Shown piece after piece: positions 1 to 14,067 of a stretch of DNA of 64,000 nt. The position numbers were made by a program, and so were the translations under genes. The DNA comes from Eledone cirrhosa. Lineage: Eukaryota. The first letter of the stretch is position 1. Every line of letters begins with the position of its first letter. The stretch is from contig OZ024740.1 of assembly GCA_964016885.1 (NCBI GenBank), positions 364,436,001 to 364,500,000 of the forward strand, in the 5' to 3' direction. The notes beneath the pieces were generated by a model. It worked only from the letters and a program-made list of their open reading frames with translations, was not told the DNA's origin and ran no database searches.

Positions 1-1273
1 TTATGGCTGGATACCCATCATTTACGACATGCAGGGATATGATGTACTAATTCTAAACCAGATTCGCACAGCATTTTTAATTACTAGACATGCTGGTAGG
101 TGGAACTATATGGAAGCCCATTGGTTGAACTGTACCTGTAATTCTAAAGACCAGTGTTTATTTTTAAGAAGTTGTTAGTTTTAAAGTGTTTATATTTATC
201 GAAAAACCTCCCATCATAATTTTATGAAAGAGCCTTTCAGGATAATATTTCTAATGAAATACACTCTATTTCAATCAATTAATGAATAATTTTAATGGAG
301 TTATTAAAATTATTAATTATTTCATTGCTAAGATTGTAATTTGATATATAATTCTTATATAAAATTATGCTGGAAGATTTTAATTCAAATAGGAATCTTT
401 AAAAATTGGTAGTTTTGTTTCATAGAACCAGAGCCAGTTTCAGTCTGGTTGATATCAAAAGGGTTAAACACCAACTTGATAATTAAAAAGTAAGTTATAT
501 TATTAAAATCCTGCAAATTCTTTGTTATTTAAAAATCATAAGCACTGTATTTCATTAAAAATATAGTTAATGAAAGGGATAAACAGTAAACAAAATCTAT
601 GTCAGCTAAGGTGGTGATAATATTAAATGTTGGAGTTTATTTTTTTCTATATACTATTTAATTCATAACGTCCTGTACCACACGAAACCGCATTGGCAAG
701 ACGTTCTTCAAAAGTACAAAACAGCTCTATGACTGCATCACATTAAAAATTAAAGTCTGCTAATTTCTTGACTATCTAGTAAAGATACTATGAACATTTA
801 AATTAACAGACACATTTTATTTTAAAATATTTTCTGCTAAATCATTATAGGATATTAAGAGTTAATACACACACACACAGTGACAGACAGACAGAGTTAA
901 AATAGAAAAAAAAAAAAAAGTAGGCAAAAGAAGATATTTCAAGTAAATTAGTGTTGAAATAATTTCATTATTGTAAGCAATCATATATTTAATGTCAAAA
1001 TATATCAACTATGTTCAGTTCATTACTTTCAGATGACTGAGGAGGAAGAACATTATTTTTGTATTCTGATTTGTTCTAAATTTGAAAGTACATCATCCTA
1101 TCACATTTTATAATTAGGACATTTTACTATTTCATATTACTGACAGACTTGAGAACTTTTAACTCTTAATGTCCTGAACCACAAAAAAACCACATTAACA
1201 AGACTTTAAAAATGTAAGACTTTACCCTAATATGGCAAATTTTCACAATAATCTGTCCATTAGTAAAGATATC

Positions 1274-1570
1274 CTCATCATCACCACCACCACCATCACC
1301 ACCACCACCATCACCACCACCACCACCATCACCACCACCACCACCATCATCACCACCACCACCATCATCACCACCACCACCATCATCATCATTTAGTGTC
1401 TGTTTTCCATACTGGTATGAGCTGGACAGGGCGTCATTGACAAGGTTAGTACTTGAGCAGAATTACTGTTCTCTCACCAATGTACCAGGGCTTACATCTT
1501 ACTTACATTCTGGTTTTGGTGAGGTTTCTATGCCTAGATGTCCTTTCTTTCACCAACCACTTTACAGTGT
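1274..1570 (-). mobile_element. Degenerate SINE / RTE-type 3' end with expanded (CAT/CAC)n tail
   Basis: (CAC/CAT)n at 1274-1392 is followed by 'tttagtgtctgttttccatactggtatg' and 'gatgtcctttctttcaccaaccactttacagtgt', matching the reverse complement of the RTE 3' end seen elsewhere in the window. Confidence 0.7.
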
Positions 1571-1725
1571 AGTATAAACATTTAGATTAACAAACCTGTT
1601 TTTAGATATTCTCTGCTAAATCATTACAAGACCATATAGCTGGTAATCAGATGTGGGTGTCTATTTATATATGTGTATGTTCATGTATACACTTATATAT
1701 TTATAATTCAAACAACCCCTTACAG

Positions 1726-3054
1726 CAGAGGTTCTCAAAGTGGGCACTACCGCCACCCGAGCACTGGAGTCTAAGGGGTCAGTAAAGATATAATAGTATA
1801 TTAAATATCAAAAGATACATATTATATATAAACTAGCAGAGGGTATTAAATAGCAGTTGTGTATACCATTTATGTCAATACTTCAGTGCTGCTTCGAAAA
1901 CTATACTTTTACAAAATCATCGGCTTTTTCCAAAAGGGGGTTCCCTACTCAATATGTGCCAATTCTGAAAGTTCACATTCATCTGTAACACAAACGTAGC
2001 CCATGTGTCAAGTTTTGTGAAAATCGGTTGCGAACTCCAGAAGTTATGACGTTTTGTTGCATTGCACTGCAGTGCTTCAGTCGACTCCAAGAAAGTGGTT
2101 AAAGGGGTTATCTGCCGAGAGGCCCTATAATCAATATCTGGAAAAATGAAAGTGCCTATGACTATCCGGAGTACATAAGTAACCTATGTCTTAAGTTTGG
2201 TGAAAATACTGTAGAAATGCATAAGGTTTATACATACACGTGCGTGCATGCGTGTTTGTGGGTGTGTATGTATTTGTGTGTGCGTATGTATGTGTATGTC
2301 CGTCGGGGCATACGTATGTACTGGCCTAAATCTTCACTATTTACTTTTACTATTTTAATAACCTCTGTCATTTTCATTTTCAATTACATCATTCTTAAAC
2401 TCCGGGGTTGGAAATCATTGTTATTTTAAGTAGAATATTAGTCTAACGACTCCATTTATACCATAAACTTGGTCTTGTCTTTGAATGAAATTGTTCTCGC
2501 TCCACATAATAACGTATTATCCTCGCTTTTTTCCCGTTCATTGCCAGGGAACGTCTTCACGAACCAAAATATCGTCTTCCTGTTTTTGTTCGGTTGCAAT
2601 GTTTCTCAAAATATTTACTTCTGCGTTCACAGATTACTCTCAGTTCAATTTGAATGGGAAATTCTTGTTTCATCGATTTTCTCCGTAACCATGGAAGCTT
2701 GTAGCTTGAAAGTCGACCCAATGCCTCCTCGGGTCATTCTGCATAACTGTAAATCTTTGCTGCATTTCACCAAGCCGTTTCGACGTTTATCCGACTATAC
2801 CTACTTACTTAAATATACAACGTCCGACCACTTCCAATTTATATAGTAGATATAGTAAAATTTAAAAAATATATAATATTTATTTATACATAGTATATGT
2901 TATATTATTTATTATATATAAATTAGGGATTTTATTATATATTATTTACAATTTGCGTGTAGGTAGGTCTCTCTGGAAATAGGATTGGGGGGTATTGAGG
3001 GTATTACATGGCTGTGAGAGGACGGTGGCCCCAAACTGTGTGAGAGAGCTTCTG
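1726..3054. mobile_element. Non-autonomous hAT (Charlie-like) element interrupted by a probable Helitron
   Basis: Left end 'cagaggttctcaaagt', degenerate right end 'tgagagagcttctg'. Flanks ccttacag (1718-1725) and ccttacat (3055-3062) form an 8-bp TSD with 1 mismatch. Confidence 0.65.
1833..2850 (-). mobile_element. Probable non-autonomous Helitron nested in the hAT element
   Basis: Minus strand starts A|TCTACTATATAAA (2850) and ends CTAG|T (1833), with no TSD and an internal (TG/TATG) tract. The 3' hairpin is weak. Confidence 0.55.
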
Positions 3055-4298
3055 CCTTACATACAGTCTACCTCCTTTAAAAGCCTCTGAACTTTCATTG
3101 ATTTTTCATATAGGTTCATAGTAGATCTATTCTAGATTTTATCAAGATCTGTTCACTATTATTAATCAATTAATAAGCTGTTAAGTAAGTTGGCAGCAGA
3201 TGAGACATGCTATGTTAGTGGTGTGCCTACTGGAAAATATATATCATATGAACCTCCTTTAAAATAGCAGCTCTTTCCATCCCTTCCCTGTTTTACTTGG
3301 AAATGCTATGGTTAACTTATTGTGGAATTAATGAAGTGGGTCCTATTATATTCCTTTAGAAAATAAATACATAAAAAGGGGAAATATATAAAATATACAA
3401 AATCAAAGTTCATCATTTAATGACCATTCTTCTATGCTGACATAGGTTAGATGGGTTGTCAAAGACCAAGTCAGTAGTTAATTGGAGCTACTGTTCTCCC
3501 CGAGGTGGCAAATTGGCAGTTTTGGGAACCTCTGTTAACACTTTTTGTGGCATTTGTTCCAGTTTTCTGCACTTTGAGTTTAAATTGTGTTACGGTCAAT
3601 TTGTTTTTTAGGTTGATAAAGTACCAGTCCAGACTCTCTCTCATGAACACGCACACACACAGACACAGACAGAGATAGAGAGAGAGAGACAGAAATTGGG
3701 TGTGTTGAGAACTGGAGGGGTATGAATTCCACCATGTTTAAAATACCCAAGATGTTATGACAGCATCCCAATGACTCTATCAGGTGTTCAGAGTGGTCCA
3801 TGGATGGACTGCCCTCTCTGACATGTGGCAAAGAGTGGGGACATGGGGTTTAGCATGGTTTTTACAGCTGGAAAAGTTATCTTATTAACAAGCTGTCAAC
3901 TATAACAATACCTCCCTTTACAGAATGCTGTAAGTTCCTGTAAGTTTTGCCATAACTTGGAATTCCATAATGTGAATTCTATTTTCCCATTGATTTCTTT
4001 TTGTATTACAAATTGAGATATATTCCTGCAGTGTGTCTTCCAAAAGAAAAGAAAAAAAAAACAGAGGAGAAAAAAATTAATGCAACGACTTTTATGCAGA
4101 AAATAATCATTTTTAAACACGTACAGTCTACATAAAAGACATTCGAAGAGAAATACTTTGGGGAATATAGGAGAATAAATTTTTAGTTTTTTTTTTTTTT
4201 GTGTGAATGACTATTGTCTTTATCAGCATATTACATCCAGTCTGATGGTTGATCCACACACTCAGGAGGAGCTGTTTCATATTAAACATCACATCAGA

Positions 4299-4400
<102 letters not shown>

Positions 4401-4770
4401 AAAATCAATGGCCTGGACAGTTAATAGAGTAGCTACTGAAGCACTTGACCTAAATTTTCTCCTTGTTGTCACATATTGTTCCCACCTTCGTTGTTGTGGC
4501 AAGATTCACATATTGCTCCCACTGTCAATGTTGTCACATATTGTTCCAACTGTCTGATGTTGTGGCAAGATTTAATGATTTTTGCAATATGACTGTGATT
4601 TTATCTCATATGTATTGGGTGGATGGATGGGAGCATAGAACCAACACCAGTTTTTGGCTAGGTTGATATTAAAAAGGTTAATCTCTTCATGGACCTTATA
4701 TTCCTGGTCTAAGTTAGGTTAATCACCTATCCTAACATTATTTATTTCTTACTTAAAGCTCTTGCATGTT

Positions 4771-5020
4771 ATCATCATCATCATCGTTTATCGTTTAAGT
4801 CCATTTTTTCCATGCTAGCATGGGGTTGTCCCATTAGAGGTAAGTTGGGTCAGGTGACTGTGTCTTGCTCACGTAGGACTGTTTCTGGCTCGATTTCTAC
4901 GGCTGGGTGCCCTTCCTACGCCAACAACATTTACAGTGTGGGCTGGGTGATTTTTGTTGTGACACCTACGACCACTTTACAGTGTAGACTGGATGTTCTG
5001 TGGTACCAACATAACTTTAC
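4771..5020 (-). mobile_element. SINE / RTE 3'UTR-related fragment
   Basis: (ATC)n tail, 'ccatgctagcatgg' hairpin and 'gatttctacggctgggtgcccttcctacgccaac' motif shared with the RTE 3'UTR. Confidence 0.75.
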
Positions 5021-5599
5021 AGAGAAAGGGTGATGTGGGCTGGATCTACTTTTCCACATTAACATAGATTGGATGGGTCCTCAAGACCAGATAAGCACTC
5101 AGTTAGTGCTCCTTGTCCTCACAGATAAGCTGGAGGTTCATTTTATCATGTTTGTAATAATTTTTTTAATATAACAACAAAACCAAATGAATGTAGAGAC
5201 TTTATTTATGTTAAAAATATACACATGCATACACACATACAAACGGAAAGAAAAGCTTTGCTTATAAATATTATTAGTTTGTTGAACACTGAAATTGTTT
5301 TTTTATTTTTTATTTATTAACTATTATTTTACCCTTCTTTAACTTAAATTTCATTTTTTCCTTTTCCTATAATTAAAAAAAAAGTATGACCAAACGTTAT
5401 AAGATTTTACTATATCTTATAGTTCACTATTTTCATGCTGTTTGACTGCAGCTATTTTTAATATTAAAAAGTAAATGAAGTAAAAATGACTAGTATCTTG
5501 TGTTTCTTCAGTCATATCGATTTTTCTATGTTTGTGAATAGAAATATATTCTATACGATAAATGCTGGCTCTTTATTAAATCTTCAATGTAAAATGTGA

Positions 5600-5905
5600 A
5601 GATGTGAGGCCTATTGGTTAGGGTGTTGAACTCACAATCACAAGGTCATGGGTTTGATTCTTGGATTGAGCAATATGTTGTGTTCTTAAGTAAGATGCTT
5701 TATTTCACATTACTCCTTTCACTAAAACACCCAAGAAACCTCCTATGACAGACAACCTTGTAAAAGGCTAGCTAAGCCTACATAGGTGTGAACTGTAACA
5801 CGTTGATCGAGCTGGGATACCTGCTTGTCATTAAAACACTCAAGAAACCTCCTGTGAGATACAACCTCATAGGAGGCCAACTAAATTGGTGAGAACAGTA
5901 ACAAG
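5600..5905 (+). mobile_element. tRNA-derived SINE with two internal ~110-bp subrepeats
   Basis: A-box-like 'ggcctattggttaggg', B-box-like 'gggtttgattc' and CORE-like 'gttgtgttcttaagtaagatgcttt'. The unit 'taaaacac.caagaaacctcct' occurs at 5723 and 5833. A homologous minus-strand copy lies at 57010-57428. Confidence 0.65.
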
Positions 5906-6224
5906 TTTTTTCATTTTCTTTTTTTCATTAAAAATGTTTGGTATATCTCTTGTATTTCTTCAGTGGTATTGATTTTTTCTGTTTGTGAATAGAAAGAAAT
6001 CCATTCTATAGATAAACGCTGGCTATATATTAAATCTCTCCAAAGTAAAATGCAGTTTTAACAATTTTGAATAACAACAACAAAGGGTAGATATATATAA
6101 AATGGAAACCACAGCAGAAATAAATTGTTGTAAATGAAATGATGATCAATTAATTTCATCTTCAGGGAGTCCACTTAATATTTACTGCTGCTACTGCTAA
6201 CTTTTCACATTTGGAACATTCTTC

Positions 6225-7300
6225 TTTTCTTCTTTTATCACTTATTCCTGGGAGAGTCTTTGGAGCAGAGTCCTCTGGTACACCTTCCATCAGGAGCAAC
6301 TGTCTCCAATTGATCTGGCCAGATCCCCACACGAGATCAGCTAAGATCATGGATGTTATCCAACCATCTTGCTCAGGGTCTACCCCAGGGTCACCTACCT
6401 GTTGGTTTTACCCATAAAATCTGTCCTGCAATTCTTTCCTGAGGCATTCAGACCACATGCCCATAGTATCGGAGCTGTGATTTCTTAAATCAAAGAAGTA
6501 GTGGCTCTACCTGGAGTGACTTCCTGATCTCCAAAGATCCTTTGGAGGAATCCCATTTGGGCTGCTTGTATTCATGATCATATTCTTTTGATCAGTACCC
6601 AAGATTCATGACCACAGGTAAGAGTTAGCACGAATACTGAATTGGAGGTAGCTAGTTTGAATTTTACACCTACCTCCCTTCTGATTACCAAATGCTGAAG
6701 CTGGTGCATTACTGCACCATCCCCTGCAATTCTTGCACTTAATTCAGCCTCCTGCTTTCCATTATTCATGAAAACAGTCCCGAGATATTTGAACTTATCC
6801 ACCTGTTTCAGTGGAACTCCGGACAAGTAGTCTCAGTCTTCACAGCACTGATTTCCATTCTTGCTGTGCAGCAACCTATCAAGTGCATGTTGGAGATTAC
6901 ATTCAGATGAGTTAAGTAGTACCATGTCATCTGCAAATTCCAGCTGATTGATCCTACACCCGAAAGTCTTGATACCTCATCCAACCTGGCTACACGTCAA
7001 TCCTGTTCATGAAGATTATGAATAGAAGAGGTGACAGTACTCTCTCTTGGTGGAGTCGAACATCCACACTGAATGGTTTTGACTTAGCACCATTTATCCA
7101 AACACAAGTACTAGGACATTCATATAGAGACATGAGGGTAACAAGAAACTGTCCATCGATCCCATACTCCTGCAGAACCTATCACAACAGGTTCCATGGA
7201 ACGTGGGCATATGCTTTTTCAAGCTCTACAAAACAAACGTACACCTCATGAAATACTCCTACAATTTCTTGAAGTCCTGCTGCAGTGTAAATATTTGTGT
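6225..7300 (-). mobile_element. Old degraded RTE-type LINE fragment (RT region)
   Basis: Minus-strand peptides VYVCFVELEKAY and GVPLKQVDKFKYLG...LTCGHESW, with many stops and frameshifts. Confidence 0.8.
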
Positions 7301-7462
7301 TATGTCCAGGGAGTAAACTATACAATTTGTCAGCTAGCTTGGACTCAACAATATCCCTACAACACTTTGCGTAACATTTAGGTACCTCTATGATTAGAGC
7401 AATCTCGCTTTTGTAAATTGGGTTTATCTCAGGAAAATTAACAGATATTTCATCTATCTATC

Positions 7463-7509
<47 letters not shown>

Positions 7510-7940
7510 CATCATCATTGCTTAACGTCCATCTTCCACACTAGCATGGGTAGGACATTATATATATATATAAAATATAAGCCAACTTGTGTCCGAGTAC
7601 GAATATGTTTTAGAAAAAAACAGACAATGACAAAAACGTTATTGATGCTCTTGTTGCAGATGTCACCTTAATTACTGTGTTGCTTATCGCTAAGAGTTGT
7701 TGTATTGTCTCGTTGATAGACAGGTATAAGGAGGTAAGATCACTCTACATCAGTTGTATCTATCCAGCATAGCAGTGGCAGATCAAATGCGATGAACTTT
7801 CCATGTATGAAATAAATGTTAAGACAGATGTTACATAACTAGCACTGCTTGCTGTTGTAATGTAACAGTTTTACATTGGTGTCACCGAAATACGTATTAT
7901 CCAATAAATACAATTATAAAGTTTAGTATATGTATATATA

Positions 7941-8178
7941 CACAGTCCACGCTGTAATGTGGCCGTGTAGGTAGCACAGTAAAAACCTCCCAGTCCACAC
8001 TGTAAACGTGGTTGATGTTAGGAAGGGCATCCAGCTGTAGAAAACCTGCCAGACAGTCTTATACGAGTGAGACACGGTCTCCCGACCAATCTTGCTTCAA
8101 GTGGGACAATTCCCGTCTAAACCCATGCTAGAGTGGAAGGTAGACGTTAAACGATGATGATGATGATGATGGTGATGA
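7941..8178 (+). mobile_element. 5'-truncated RTE 3'UTR copy with (GAT)n tail
   Basis: Colinear with 14780-14997 and flanked by TA-rich microsatellite. Confidence 0.85.
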
Positions 8179-8787
8179 TATATATATATGTATTGTTTAT
8201 ATATATATGTATTGTTTATGTATTGTATATGTATTGTTTATGTATTGTATATATGTATTGTATATATGTATTGTATATATGTATTGTTTATGTATTGTAT
8301 ATGTATATATGTATTGTTTATGTATATATATATATGTATATATATCTATTGTTTATGTGTATATATATATATATATATCTATTGTTTATGTGTATATATA
8401 TATATATATATATCTATTGTTTATGTGTATATATATATATATATATGTGTGTGTGCGCGAGCATGTGTGTATATATATATATCATCATTATTTATTGCCT
8501 GTTCATATGTTACATATACATACAGAGAGGGTGTTATTAACAATTCTATAATATGGTTCTTTTCACCTGCTTCTCAATGTGTATACACAAGATGGTGACT
8601 GGTGACGTAAAAACAAATAATTGTCTACTCTCCACTATCTGTGTGTGGGTGAACATATCAAAATAAAGCATTCTCTAGAGTTGGCTTTATCTTGCGCTTC
8701 TCTACATATTTTGTTTAGATCCTTGCTACTTCCATAACCATATTTATAATGAAAGACACTACTTATGATTTTTGAAATATTTCTTAA

Positions 8788-8984
8788 CCCTTTAACATTT
8801 AAACAGGCTGTATCAAGCCAGAATTCTCTCATCTCTTTCTGTTCAAACCAGCCGATCATTCTGATGTGAAGGTATTGTTCTCAAATAAATAATATCAAAA
8901 TATCATAAATTCAATATCATGTTAGGTAAAGCCTTTACCATGAAAATATAATAGTAAATATTGAATAATGTAAATGTTAAAGGG
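8788..8984. mobile_element. TTAA-flanked MITE (piggyBac-like)
   Basis: TTAA|ccctttaacattta ... taaatgttaaaggg|TTAA. Homologues at 27862-28082, 28109-28326 and 52370-52538. Confidence 0.8.
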
Positions 8985-9361
8985 TTAAAATAATCAAGAA
9001 CTTAAAGGACTTAGTATTAAACCTAACTTCCTCATTGTTAAGCTGGAGTTTAAAACATAACAAAGGTGGACTTTTTTTTTTTACATAGATATTCTGAATG
9101 GTTTTAAGTGCCTAGCCAGTATCTCGGAATATATGGGGCTTGATTCCTCATAGTGGCCGATGGCAACTTTTTACCCCATCTTTAAGGATCTTCACCCTAT
9201 TTTATAAGCAGTTTTGTAGCATTTCAGCACATCATTCTTTATCTTTAAAAACCATATTTCTAATGAAAGATGACACAGCTCTTTTACTCTGTTATCAACT
9301 CCAGCTGACTCGCTGAGCCTATGTTCATTTTCAAATAATTTTATGCCTAAATTAAAAATTA

Positions 9362-9379
9362 CTGCTGCTGCTGCTGCTG

Positions 9380-9449
<70 letters not shown>
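9362..9449. repeat. (CTG)n(CTA)n microsatellite
   Basis: Directly visible. Confidence 0.95.
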
Positions 9450-9479
9450 AGCAGTAGCAACAGCTGCTGTTGTTGTTTA

Positions 9480-9868
9480 ATAATTGTTTCTACTTTTGGC
9501 ACAAGGCCAGCAATTATCTCAGAGCATTACTGGTACTTTATTTTATCGACCCCTTAAGGATGCATTTGAACTCAGACCATAAATGCCATAACTCTGTGCT
9601 GCAAAGCATGGTGTCTGATGCTCTACCGATACTGTGAATCCACTGCTGTTATTTAATAATAATTCTAGTTAGGGATAGGGTCAGTAAATTTGGTGGAAAA
9701 GGAAAGTTGATTAAATCAGCCCCGGTGCTTCACAGGTACATTATTTTATCAACCCTAAAAGGATGAGTTAACCATGACAGAGTTTGAACTCTGAATCTAA
9801 AGAGTTATAACTAAATACTGTAAAGCAGTTTGTCCAACACCCTAATGATTTTACAAATCGACTACCTT
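9480..9868 (-). mobile_element. Two tandem degenerate SINE copies of the family at 52820-53035
   Basis: 'ggtactttattttatcgacccc..aaggatg' and 'atttgaactcag' are the reverse complement of the 52.9-kb SINE body and B-box, and occur twice. Confidence 0.7.
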
Positions 9869-10249
9869 AACAATAGTAAAGTACTTGGAAATGTTTATTT
9901 ATAAATTTTATGTTTCATTTTTTTTTCTGGGTTACTTTGTTGTATTGTTTTTTTTTATTGTGTTGTTTTGCTTTGTTTTTATTATTTAAAAATGTATTCA
10001 TTACATTTCTCATGTGAAAAAATAGCTTTAGATATTATTGTCAGATGTCCTGTGTCTGACTTTTTCGTTTTAAATTCCTTGATTTTACTGACTCAGCAAA
10101 AACAGACTTCAATGACTTAACAGTTCTGTCTGTGTGTGTGTGTGTATATACATACACAAATAATGGTTATCACCAAAATATATATAACAGTGAAAATAAA
10201 TAAACAAAGTTAATTTTAACCTGTTGACTTACACTTCTTGTTTTTGAAT

Positions 10250-10332
10250 TACTCCGGAGTAAACAGACCCACCTGTGCACCACGTTGAGTCCTCTACCCT
10301 GCATACTAAAGTGTCGGTAACTAACCAACTTC
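10250..10332 (+). mobile_element. Probable PLE terminal-tail fragment
   Basis: 'ttactccggagtaaacagacccacctgtgcaccacgttgagtcctct..gcatactaaagtgtcggtaa' is the reverse-complement homologue of 20881-20963 and resembles 24575-24650 next to a hammerhead arm. Confidence 0.5.
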
Positions 10333-10360
10333 ATATGTATGTATATATATGTGTATATAT

Positions 10361-13000
10361 CATCATCATCATCATTTTACGTCCGCTTTTCCCTGCTTGC
10401 AAGGGTGGGACGGGTCTTATTCAGCACAGCATCTCTCCACTTGTCACGGTCCTTCGTCATCTCCACTGTGAGTTTCAGCGATCTGAGGTCTGTTCTGACT
10501 ACCTCCGCCCATGTTTTTCGTGGTCTACCTCTACCACGTCTTCCTTCAACTGGCATTTCCTGGCACTTCTTCACCCATTGGTCATCCTCCATGCACATCA
10601 CATGTCCATACCACCGCAGTCTCCCCTCTCGCACACTACATTCTATCCCTCTCAGACACAGTTTCTCTCTCAACACATTTATGCTGGGTCGTTCACGCAC
10701 ATTTACACTGCACATCCAACGGAGCATGCTTACCTCATTTCTCTCCAGCCGTCGCATATCCTCTGCAGTTGGTGCCCATGTCTCACTACCATGCAGCATC
10801 GCGCTCCTCACACAGGAATCATACAACTGGCCTTTCGTACGCTGTCTTAGCTAAGTTCACTCTCAGTCCTCTTGAATCCAACTGCTGTTTCCATAGCCAG
10901 AATTTATTTTCTAGCTCCTTTACTGATTCTGCTATAAGAACCAGATCGTCAGCATAGAGAAGTTCCCATGGGCAGCCAGTCTTAAACTCCTCTGTTATGG
11001 CTTGGAGGACTATAATGAACAAGAGCGGGCTGAGGACTGAGCCCTTATGTACTCCTACTTGTATCTGGAATTCCTCACTAAACTCCATTCCTACCCTCAC
11101 TTTACTGACAGCACCTCTGTACAAAGTTTGCACTGTCCTCACAAGCCATTCCTCAACACCTAGTTTCCTTAGGGACCACCAGATGACAGATCGGGGTACC
11201 CTATCAAAGGCCTTCTTTAGGTCAACAAAGGCTAAGTATAGTGGCTTATTCTTCTCTAAGAACCTCTCTTGTAATTGTTTCACCAAGAAGAGGGCATCTG
11301 TTGTACTTTTCCCAGGCACAAAACCAAACTGCATCTCATCTAGTTTAACCCTTTCTCTAAATAGTTGTGCTAATATCCTTTCTGCTCCTCTCCAGAGCAT
11401 CCCCTTTACCTTTGTAGCAATTTATGAGAATACTGCTGCACCAGTCTTTGGGTATGACAACACCATATATAGCCTGATTGATGATGCATGCAACCAGTTT
11501 ATTGCCTATATCCTCTGATGCCTTCAGCATCTCAGTAACTATCCCCGACGGTCCAGCAGCCTTACCATTTTTCATTTCCTTAATCGCCTCTTGGACCCTA
11601 TATTCGTCAATCTGAATAACTGGCCCCTCTGTCGAATCTACTGAGGGTAATTTCTCTCTCTCCTATTCATTCTCCACATTTATCAGTCTCTAATAATGAC
11701 ATTTCCAGGCCTCCTTTTTCTGATCATTCGTGACACTAAGTACACCGGCATCATTCCGGACACATTTATCTCCAACAATATCCTGATTTGCATTGACACA
11801 CTGCCTTGCAATGTGGAACACTGCACGCCTCTGATCTTCCCGTCGCAGAACATTGGCAAACCTTCTACTCTCAGCCTCCCTGCGTTCTAAGTACACCTGA
11901 CATCTAGCTTCTCTCTTAGTGGTTGTATATCCTTCTCTACTCCCACCCTTTTCCCAAGCCTTCCATTTGTCTCTAATGGCCCTATCTACTGTGCTGTTCC
12001 ACCACCAGGTCACACTCTGTCTGGTTGGAGCTCTGCTCCAGCCACAAGTTTCATCAGTAGCCTGAAGTAAGTTGTCATGTAAGAAATTCCAGTTATTATC
12101 TATGTCATACAACTCTAAATCGTCTTCTTTTTCGTCATACACATCTTGAAGGGCTTTCCTAAATTTGTATTTTAGTGAAAGGTCTTTTAGCTTCCAGACC
12201 TTTCTTCTCCACACCTTCCTGTATGTCTCATTCCATCTCTTGCTTACTGAGATATCACTAACGACTAACCTATGCTGTGTGGTACATTCTTCCTCAGGGT
12301 ATGCCTTGGTATTTGACACCATCTGCCTGTCCCGCTGCCTAACTAGTAAGAAGTCAATCTGGCTTATGTGCTCGCCTGATTTGTAGGTTATTAGGTGGTT
12401 GGCAGGTTTCTGGAAGTTAGTGTTGCAAATAGTCAGTGTACTTGTATCACAAAATTCAAGAAGTCTCACTCCTTCATTTCTTGAGCCGTAACAGTGCCCA
12501 CCATGTACCCCATTGTAACCATCCTGGAGCTGTCCAACATGACCATTGAAGTCTCCTGCTAGCATAACAATGTCTCCGTCCTCTGTCATTGCGGCTGTTT
12601 GTAAAAGTTGCTCGTAAAAGCAATCTTTCTTTTCTTTGCCTAGGCCTGCTTGGGGAGCATGTGCAGAGATGATTGTCAGTAGTCTCCTGCCTACAACTAA
12701 TTTAAGCTTAATTATTCGATTATTAACTCGAACTAGCTCTATTGTCTTATTGATCCATCTCTGAGCCAGGAAAATGCCTACTCCCCTAACCCATCATCCT
12801 TACCTACCCAGAAAAGCTTAAAGCTAAGATGTTTGCCTGCGACTAGTCTCGCAGAGGCACCTCTCCATCTCACCTCTTGCACGCAGCACACACCCACGTC
12901 TTCTCTCCAGCATCTCCGCTATTTCACCAGATCTACCTGTGAGAGTGTTGCAACTCTGAGATGCGACGTCTTCATATTTTTGTTGTTCCTATATATTTGT
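10361..13000 (-). mobile_element. Near-full-length, disrupted RTE LINE (divergent family B; APE + RT)
   Basis: APE motifs (CCVQEVRW, AGDFNGHVG, IDFLL, TQHRLV), RT motifs (QFGF, AFVDLKKAFD, GSVLSP, YADD), RTE C-terminus ([15 protein letters not shown]) and (GAT)n tail. Frameshifts plus deletions near 11390 and 10843. Confidence 0.95.
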
Positions 13001-13788
13001 TGCTGTACTCATAATTGTTTTGACATTGATACACTGGTTGGATGGCCTTCCTAACACCAGTGTCACTTTACAGCATGGACTGGGTGCTTTTATTCGTGCC
13101 ACCAGCACTAGAGAGGATGTCTTACTGGACTCGTGGGCCCTCTCTACACCTCCATTTTACAGCATGGTCATAACAAAGAAGAAAAAAAACACCACTTATT
13201 GACACTCACGGTACACACACACACTCGCTCACACACCAACACTCATGCATACAAACACACACGCCACTCAAACACATAGATATTTACTGTCAGCATTTTT
13301 ATAATAATAATTGTTTGCTTTACAGCATAGAGCAACGGTCCTCCACTCTCCGGGCCCCAAAACAAGGGACCAGCAATGCGCTGTGACAATCGCTGCCCCG
13401 TACCAAGAACAGAATAGTTATTACTATTATTATAGTTGTTTTCTTCTTCTTAAGGCCTGGTGTCGGTGGATAGTGTCGGTGATCGTGATGGTTGTGGTGG
13501 TGGATGGTGTCAGTGATGGTGATGGTTGTTGTTGCTGCTGCTGCCGTTGTTGTTGTTCATTTCACTGATGTTGCTGCTGCTGTTGTAGTCACTGGGTTGA
13601 AATTTTGAAATTTGGTCGCTTCGCGCGTGTGTGATATATATATATACACACACACACACACGCACACACACATATATATATATACATACACCCACATTCA
13701 ACACAGACAATCGTGTTGTTGATGTTGTTGTTGTAGTTGCTGTTGTTGTTGAAATCTGGTCGCATCATCGACTGGGATATATATATAT

Positions 13789-13825
<37 letters not shown>

Positions 13826-13829
<4 letters not shown>

Positions 13830-14067
13830 GTATTTCCGTCGGAAAAGTCCAGGAAAAAAGAGTGCTCTATGTAGGTAACAGAGCTTAATAGTTATGTAAT
13901 AAACAACATAAGGCAATTATTCCATTTACCAGTGGTTTCTTAAAAGTAAAAAAGTTTGCTTTCAATCATCAGAATGAAAAAATCCTGGTCTATTTATTGA
14001 TATTGGATTCTAAAAACAAAAATGAAAGTGAGGCTGGAGAAGGAAGAAGGAAAGGAAAAATAAAATA

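Noticed and set aside
1021-1113. Acceptor-like 'ttactttcag' followed by ATGACTGAGGAGGAAGAA
   Set aside because: Short frame, no convincing donor site and no recognisable homology.
7850-7915. Possible ninth hammerhead ('cGAAAtacgtaTT' after the hairpin aatgtaa/ttacatt, then AATAAA)
   Set aside because: There is no CTGANGA core or stem I upstream. At most it is a decayed PLE remnant.
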